Below the pieces are notes generated by a model that searched no databases, was not told where the DNA came from, and saw only the letters and a list, made by a program, of their open reading frames with translations. A DNA stretch of 64,000 nucleotides from Eledone cirrhosa (taxonomy: Eukaryota): positions 28,458,001 through 28,522,000 of the forward strand of contig OZ024763.1 in NCBI GenBank assembly GCA_964016885.1, given 5' to 3'. Shown in pieces: positions 55,990 through 64,000 of the stretch. How positions within the stretch are numbered: position 1 is the stretch's first letter; each line of letters opens with the position of its first letter. The position numbers and the translations under genes were made by a program.

Positions 55990-57860
55990 TTAACCCTGAG
56001 ATGGACTGGTATCCTATCCAGGGGGATGTCTTATACTCTCACTCGCTTCACGCCACGAAACCGGGATAAGCACCAGCCAAATGAGCCTTCTGGCTTAAGA
56101 CAGACTTTATACGTTACTGGTACTTTGTTTTATCGATCCCAGTGCGTTACTGGTACTTTATTTTATCGACCCCAGTGCGTTACTGGTACTTTATTTTATC
56201 GACCCCAGTGCGTTACTGGTACTTTATTTTATCGATCTCGTATGAATGAAAGGCAAGGTTAACCTCGGCAGGATTTGATCTCAGACCATAAAGGGCCGTT
56301 ACTCTACGCTGCAAAGCATGGCGTTCCACCCTCTACTTCCCTAAAATTAGAAACGATTATTATTAAGGCGTGTGGCTAACGGGTTAACAAATTGGATTCG
56401 CAATTATAAGGTTGTGAGTGCGATTCCAAGACAGGGCGATGCGTTATGTCCTTAAGCAAGACACTTTATTTCACGCTGCTCCTTCTGCCTGGAGTTGCGA
56501 CAGGCAGATAGTATTAGCAATTGGAAAGACCAATGGAAACATTGTTTCCTCGGTCCGATTTGACGAGCTCCACCCCACTAGTTAAGCGAATGAGGTCTGG
56601 GATCTTGTTGATCGACTGTCGATTGGTAGAATCGTAGAGCGTCTGACAACATGCTTCGCCGCATAGAGATAAGGCCGTTTACGTTCTGAGTTCAAATACC
56701 GTTGAGGTTAGCTTTGCCTTATTCATACAAAAAATGCTTGTACCGCACAGGGTTCGATTTAATCGACTCTCCCCTCCCCCAAATTTTTTGGCATTGTACC
56801 TAAATCAGAAAACATTTGAACGGTTGATTGCTAGAATGCGAAGAGTAACGGAAGACATGCTTTGCGGCTTAGAGTTACGGCACTTTACGTTCTAACTTCA
56901 TATCTTGCTGAGACTAGCTTTGCTCTCCATCCTTATTGAATCAACAAAACAAATACCTGTAACCCACTGGTGTTGATTTAATTGCCCCCCCCCCCCCCAC
57001 CCCACCCCACCCACCCCAAATGGTTGGCCTTGTGTCTAAATCGGAAAATATTTGTATTATTATTTACGGGGTGGATTGTTAGAATTACCGGAAAGGATTT
57101 TGTCCGTCGCTCTACCAATTCTCCCAACCCATCACCCTGATAAGGGTTACTGATTTAGACAGAATTTTAGGTGAGGGGAAAACCGATTAAATCGACCTCA
57201 TTGTGTTACTGGCATTTTATTTTATCAACCTTGTAAGGATAAAAAGTAAAGCTAAACCCGACAGGTTACAGAACGTAAAGAAACGTAACTCTATGCTGCA
57301 AAGCATATTGTCAGACGCTCGACAAAAGTTCCCAATCCTTCTCTAATAGTGGTTTCCAATTTATGCCCAAGGCCAACATTTTTTAGGGAGGGGAAAGTCG
57401 ATTAAATCTACCCCCGTGCATTAAAGCTACTTTATTTTACCAACCTCAGCCGGATTTCAACACAACGTAAAGAGACTCAACTCCATGCTGCAAAGCATGT
57501 TGTACGACACTATCAATTTTCCCAATCCATCCCTAATAGTGGTTTCTAATTTAGACCCAAGGCCAACATTTTTGTGGGAGGGTAAAGTCGATTAAATCTA
57601 CCCAGGTGCATTAAAGGTACTTTATTTTACTAACCTCGGCCGGATTTGAATTCAGAACGTAAAGAGACTCAACTCCATGCTGCAAAGCATGTTGTACGGC
57701 GCTCAACCAATTTTTCCAATCCACCCCTAATTCAGGCACAAGGCAAATATTTTTGAGGGAGGATAAAGTCAATTTAAACTCAGAACGGAAAGAGACTCAA
57801 CTCGATGCTACAAAGCATGTTGTACGATGCTCTACAATTTTTGCCAATCCACCGCCTGAC
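55990..57860. mobile_element. Cluster of old SINEs in both orientations, including a minus-strand copy at 56112-56336 with four 33-bp internal repeats and a head-to-tail minus-strand series at 57130-57857
   Basis: Repeated degenerate matches to the SINE head (TGCTGCAAAGCATG), the B box and the GTCGAT...GTACC core. Confidence 0.8.
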
Positions 57861-58091
57861 AATGAAGATAATAATAACAACAAGAATAATAACATATACA
57901 AGAAATATAACTGAAATTCAGATAGTAAGAAAAAAACTAAAATGGCGCATCAAAAAGTAAAACAGAACAAAATGAAGGACAACCAGAACACAACAAAACA
58001 TTGTCAGTTTGTATTAGACATTAAATTTGTTTTCATAGAATTCTGTATCTCTCTTTATGAGAAATTAATGGCCATATCGGACAAAAAGAGC

Positions 58092-58093
<2 letters not shown>

Positions 58094-58144
<51 letters not shown>

Positions 58145-58169
58145 ATATATGTATTTATATATATGTATT

Positions 58170-58235
<66 letters not shown>

Positions 58236-58289
58236 TATATGTATGTATATGTATGTATGTATATATGTATGTATATGTATGTATGTATG

Positions 58290-58320
<31 letters not shown>

Positions 58321-58421
58321 ATATGTATGTATGTTTGTATATATGTATGTATGTTTGTATATATGTATGTATGTTTGTATATATATATGTATATATATGT
58401 ATGTATATATATATATGTATG

Positions 58422-58458
<37 letters not shown>

Positions 58459-58461
58459 GTG

Positions 58462-58516
<55 letters not shown>

Positions 58517-58723
58517 GTCTATATATATATATATATATAAATGTCTATATATAAATATATATATATAAATTAATATATATAAATATATATATATATATAA
58601 ATTAATATATATATATATGTCTATGTGCATATATATAAATTAATATATACATATATATATTTCATATATGTTTATATATATGTTGGTGTGTGTGGATACA
58701 CACACACACACACACACACACAG

Positions 58724-58783
<60 letters not shown>

Positions 58784-58810
58784 ATATGTATGAGTATAAA
58801 TATATATATG
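58094..58810. repeat. (TA)n/(TATG)n/(CA)n microsatellite block
   Basis: Read directly from the sequence. Confidence 0.97.
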
Positions 58811-59171
58811 AAAGACCACGCACAAACTAAACAGAAACAGTGTTTACGATTCTATTGTTTCTATAAACTTGTTATATTTGAAATCATCGATACAAAATCA
58901 TTTAAATATAACCACCAACAACAATACCGCCCCCCCCCAAAAAAAAAAAACAATAATAGAAGCAAAACGAAAAAGAAGACAAAATAAACGATGATACTAG
59001 AGGCGACTAATGGATGAGGAAGACGGAGGGCTTTGGACCCTGGCCAGGGCCTCTGAAAAAACTGGTAATATGCCAACCCCCATTCCAAAACAGTACGTCG
59101 TTAAGTATTGTTGTAATCAGTGCTAAATACACATGATATATGTATAGATTATTGGTATATGTGTATGTGTG

Positions 59172-59208
<37 letters not shown>

Positions 59209-59678
59209 TATAAATTTTGAGTATATGTTGGTTGTTTACCGACACCTCAGTATGCAGATTGGAGCACTCGACGAAGTACGCAGGTTGGTTTGGTTACTCC
59301 AGAGTAATGTAAAATAAAATAATTAAGTCAAATATTTAAAATTTGCCTTCGTTTATTAAAGATGTACTGTTATATATATTTCGGTGAAAGCCATCCTTGG
59401 CTGTGACTTCTACAGGCAGTCCGAATTGGTGTGGTAGAGACAGGTACACATGTTGTTGAAGTGTTTTACTCCGTCAATACTCCGATATGTCCAGTTCCTG
59501 GTTGGGTTGTTATTTCTCTGAGGAACTGGAATCATATGAACTCAAACAAACGAATTTCTGCGTCAAAGGACACTCTCTCCTCCCATTGGTCAGTTGTGAG
59601 AACATTCCTCAGTCAAAAGTCTATAGAAATTTTTCTGAGGCAAGGCATTATTTTATATAAATATATATATATATATAT

Positions 59679-59813
59679 ATTGAATGTCATTTTTAACTGT
59701 GGTTGCCCTCAACACGACCCAGGAACCTATAAACACACATGTATATACATATCTGTGTGTGTGTAGATTCCTGAGTCGTGTTGAGGGCAACCACAGTTAC
59801 AAGTGGTACTCAA
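59679..59813. repeat. Inverted repeat / hairpin next to (TA)n
   Basis: TAACTGTGGTTGCCCTCAACACGAC pairs with GTCGTGTTGAGGGCAACCACAGTTA. Confidence 0.85.
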
Positions 59814-60737
59814 TACATTGGTAACGTATAGGTATCTTTATTATATATATATATAGAATATGATCTCTACAAGACTCTCTCTCTCTCTCTATATATATAT
59901 GATATGTGTGTGTTTGTAAACAGAAATAACAACACAATCGGTACAGTATATGGATGTAATATGTTAGTTTAATGCTTGAAATAGCAGGAAGAGTGTCTTA
60001 ACGTTTCGGAAGGAAGGACACTATATTGATGCCTCTTGTTTTCCTGGGGTATGATCAAATTGGGTCCTTGAAACCATGAAACTCATATCATATGTATAGA
60101 GAGAGACCCTTAACGTCAGATGGAGTTATAGAGGGCAGCTGTGAAATCTTTAAGACGTTTCCTGTGCAATTTATACCTAGCAGAATTCTGCTCTCCGGGT
60201 TTGAACACTGCGGTTTTCCTCCAGGAGAAGGAGAAATTTTAAGTGATAAATAGGTATAGAGAAATATTTGACATCGAAGAAATGAAAGCCGGGATTTGAG
60301 TTCAGTGTTTCGCAACAAATACCGCAAAGCATTCTCTTCAACTTTCTAGCAACAGTAAATTTGTGTGATTTTACCCCTGCACAGACGAAAGATTGAATAT
60401 TTTAAAGACATTAGTCTCTAATAAGAATTGGCTAAATACCCGCCCCAATTTCTTCAATCGTTGCCATATGAATATAAATTCATTTAAAAAAACTGGTGCA
60501 GACCGCATAGAAATAATCTATTGATTACCAGATTTAATATTCATTTGATATTAAGGTTTTCGACACTCCCTCCTTTAAATCTATTAACTTTTAATTAGGT
60601 TTGCGTTAAGTTACCTCCCGTTCTTAATTATATTTATATCTTAAGTTACCTCCCCTTTATATTTATACATTATATTCCAGACAAAAATAATTAATTTATT
60701 AGACCTCGGTCTTTCTATTATATTTTAATTGTAATAT

Positions 60738-61253
60738 TGTTTCTACTTTTGACACAAGGACAGCAATTATTCCAGTGTATTACTGGTACTTTATTTTATC
60801 GACCCCCGTAAGGATGAAAGGCAAAGTTAACCTCGGCGGGATTTGAACTCAGACCATAAAGGGACGTAACTCTTTGCTGCAAAGCATGGCGTCCGACCTC
60901 TAGCAATACTGCCAATCCAATATTATTATTGGCGGTGGATTGGCAGTATCGGTAGAGGGTCGGACACCATGCTTTCCAGCATAGTTACGTCCCTTTACGA
61001 TCTGAGTTCAAATCCCGCCGAGGTTGACTTTGCCTTTCATCCTTACGGGGTCGATAAAATAAAGTACCAGTAATATACTGAGTAATTGCTGGCCTTGTGC
61101 CTAAAGTAGAAACAATTATTACATATGGCGGTGGATTGGCAGCATCGGTAGAGGGTCGGACGCCATGCTTTCCAGCATAGTTACGTCCCTTTACGATCTG
61201 AGATCAAATCCCGCCGAGGTTGACTTTACCTTTCATCCTTACGGGGTCGATAA
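60738..61253. mobile_element. Three adjacent young SINEs (- 60738-60920, + 60930-61120, + 61127-61253 continuing at 63241-63310)
   Basis: Near full-length consensus GGCGGTGGATTGGCAG...GAGTTCAAATCC...CTTTCATCCTTACGGGGTCGATAAAATAAAGTACCAG...(ATT)n. Confidence 0.93.
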
Positions 61254-63240
61254 CACTGGTCAACAAAAAAAATATTCATTTCATGGTTCTGGTATAATTT
61301 AGTATGATTCTAGGGTAATCAAGTGTGCAGAATCTGAATATGACAACGGTTAAGCTGTATCGGGTCTAGTTTTCGAAACCAGCATATCCATGTTTATGAC
61401 CCATGGCTACGTGGCTCATATTACTTCATCCAATTGTATCCACTATATTTAGTTGTTAACTAATTTATACTTACTGCTTTTGTTTCAGATCACAGAATTG
61501 TCACTATCCCCAGCTATTCTTGGATAATTCACAACAACTTTGACTAGTGGGAGAGATGGAACACCGGAAATGTGTAAATGACCCGGACCGATTTTGCTAT
61601 ATTTGTGGACTCTTTACCCCAGAAAGTATAAAGGAACCAATCACAAAAGCAGTTCGAGTAAACTACAAATGCTACTTCAAATGTCCATTAAGAGACCAGG
61701 ACAAGAAATGGGCGCCTCATATAGCGTGTAGGTCATGTGTTAATCACCTAAGTGAATGGAAGAATGGGAAACGAAGCTCTGGTTTGCCATTTGCCGTACC
61801 AATGGTGTGGCGAGAACCAAAAGACCACAATAACGATTGCTACTTCTGTCATATAAACATCCAAGGAATAACTGTGAAGACACGAACTACACTACAATAC
61901 CCCGATATCTCGTCAGCAATCCGACCAGTGCCTCACAGTGACGAATTACCTGTTCCAGTTCCACCTGCTGAACACGAGCTAATCTCTGATTCTGATTCTG
62001 ATTCCAGTAGCACCCCTATTGATGATGACTATCAAGATGAACATGAGACAAGTGAACCCATACCATTTAACCAGGAAGCTCTTCACGATCTCATTAGAGA
62101 CCTACATGTGTCTAAAGAAAAGGCAGAGCTCCTGGGATCAAGACTGAAGCAACGAAATCTGCTGGAACCTGGCTTTCGCATTAAAACCGCTCGTCATCGC
62201 CATAAACAATTTAATTAGTCTACTTCTAGGTCTTCAGACTGGTTACACAAAGCATATATGTTTTCTATGTTTGTGGAATAGTAGAGCAGATGCAGAGCAC
62301 TACATGAATAAGGATTGGCCAACAAGACCAAAAGATGCACCCAGTAGATTCAACTGTCTGTACAAACCTCTCGTGGATCCTGAAAAAGTATTCCTCCCTC
62401 CATTACATCTCAAATTAGGCTTGGCCAAAAACTTTATTAAAAGCATGGATCATACAGGTAATGGGTTTCAGTACTTGTGTAAGAAATTTGGTAGAGTGGT
62501 ACCTGAAGCAGGGGGTTTGAATGGTCCTCAGATTCGTATGCTGGTTAATGATAGTGAGTTTACGAAAACACTAAACCCTTTGGAGACTAATGCATGGAAA
62601 TCATTTGTAGATGTAACACAGAACTTTCTTGGAAACCACCGTGCAGACAACTATAAAGAAATTGTTGAAACCATGATACAAAATTATCGCGCTCTGGGTT
62701 CACGAATGTCATTGAAGCTTCATTTCTCCCATTCTCATCTGGATTTCTTCCCAAGTAATCTAGGAGACATTAGTGATGAACATGGAGAGAGGTTTCACCA
62801 GGACATTGCCATAATGGAGAGTAGGTATCAGGGTCGGTTCAATCCCAACATGATGGGTGACTACTGCTGGACACTGCAACGTGAGGAGAGCCAGCAAAAC
62901 AAGCGTAAAAACAAAATCCTGAAATTTTTTTAGAAATGTTTTGAAATATTTTGTTATGTTCAGAATATTGTTCAGAAATGTTTTGTTAATATACTAAGTG
63001 TTAAAAAAAATATAAAAATATGTTTATATATTTTTTATTAATAAGTTAATATGTTTATATCTAAGTCATCATATGTTACACAATGGATAAACAATGCAAT
63101 ACGAGGAACATATTTTCGATCTCATATTAAGGCATTCTGGTCCGATAGCAAAAAATGAATATCAAAACTGAATTTAGTGCTATGAAATTAGTAAGAGGCA
63201 CATATTCACATGTAAGAACCATTTTGGCTGTTGACCAGTG
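61254..63240 (+). mobile_element. Chapaev3-type (CMC superfamily) DNA transposon, internally deleted
   Basis: 12-bp TIRs CACTGGTCAACA/TGTTGACCAGTG and a 3-bp TAA TSD. It splits a SINE and carries transposase motifs. Confidence 0.88.
61556..62933 (+). pseudogene. Disrupted Chapaev3-type transposase
   Basis: N-terminal CYICG...DQDKKWAPHIAC...PMVWREPKDH..DCYFC and C-terminal LGLQTGYTKHICFLC...LPPLHLKLGL...SDEHGERFHQDI. There is a frameshift near 62213, where the central segment expected for the family is missing. Confidence 0.85.
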
Positions 63241-63544
63241 TAATTAAAGTACCAGTAATGCACTGGGAAATTTGCTGGCCTTGTGCCTAAAGTAGAAACA
63301 ATTATTATTAAGTTATCTCCCGTTGTTAATTATATATTTTAAGTTACCTCCCCTTTTTAATATCAATTAACTTACTACATAATTAACGTAACCTCTTATC
63401 TTTAAGTTGTTTCCACTATTAATTATAAGAATTGTTTTCTTCTCAAACGGTAGCAGCCAATTTCTTCACAATTGAAAGCCCATGAGAGGACTTAATTTAG
63501 TTACTGAAACGATTTATTCGCATTCTTTGCAGTGTAAACTAAGT

Positions 63545-63599
<55 letters not shown>

Positions 63600-63601
<2 letters not shown>

Positions 63602-63801
63602 AAGGCGGGTAAAATTCCCGAGATCCATGGACGAGTTCTCTCCAGCGGTCTCTGTCCCTCATTATCGCTGCCATGTCCTGCATCTCCAACAGACCAGTGT
63701 CTGTCCTTAGGGCATCAACATACGTTAACCTTGGTCTTCCTCTTCTAGTGTGTCCATGTAGGGGCTCCCAAAGGAGTACTGAGTGCAATGTCAACTCTGG
63801 T

Positions 63802-63803
<2 letters not shown>
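63600..63803 (-). mobile_element. 3' fragment of an RTE-clade LINE inserted in (TA)n
   Basis: VLLWEPLHGHTRRGRPRLTYVDALRTDTG...MRDRDRWR is a typical RTE ORF C-terminus. It has (TA)n on both sides. Confidence 0.85.
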
Positions 63804-63836
<33 letters not shown>

Positions 63837-63858
63837 TGGTTACACAACAGTTAGTTCA

Positions 63859-63908
63859 CCATACCGAGAACATTTGTTTCACCTTAGTGGATCCTCAGCT
63901 CGGAATGG
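63859..63908 (-). ncRNA. Minimal type I hammerhead ribozyme motif in a Penelope-like end
   Basis: Minus strand: ccattccgag CTGAGGA tccactaaggt GAAA caaatg TT ctcggtatgg. Stem I is 9/10 paired and (TA)n follows shortly after. Confidence 0.7.
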
Positions 63909-64000
63909 GCATGGTTATAGGAACAGGAAGGACAACCGTACGAACGCGCATGCGCAGAAACCCGGTCACTTCACACAGGCAATACTAGACTGCGTGCGAG

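Overview
AT-rich, repeat-dense eukaryotic DNA, most likely from an octopod cephalopod (inferred from the tRNA-derived SINE families and the dense (TA)n/(TATG)n microsatellites). No prokaryotic systems or CRISPR arrays are present. (1) 1-8190 appears to be the 3' end of an unidentified spliced gene: short exons at 2491-2559, 3680-3752 and 8096-8106 join in frame to ...VKLYLTSQKEEL*, a KDEL-like ER-retrieval end. Its introns are filled by repeats; one satellite looks like an amplified 3' splice site, and a 4.3 kb pyrimidine minisatellite fills the last intron from edge to edge. (2) 8096-47255 is a young tandem array of a ~7.6-8.0 kb unit (4 full copies, 1 partial copy and 1 diverged leading copy). 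Each unit holds two old paralogous modules of splice-site-bounded, apparently non-coding exons around a fold-back built from convergent tRNA-like cassettes; a third module lies at 50250-51330. (3) 47255-64000 is a mosaic of mobile elements: SINEs, a non-autonomous Helitron, RTE and CR1-like fragments, an internally deleted Chapaev3-type DNA transposon, and several Penelope-type palindromes and remnants with type I hammerhead ribozyme folds inserted in (TA)n tracts. All calls were made by eye, without database searches or folding software.
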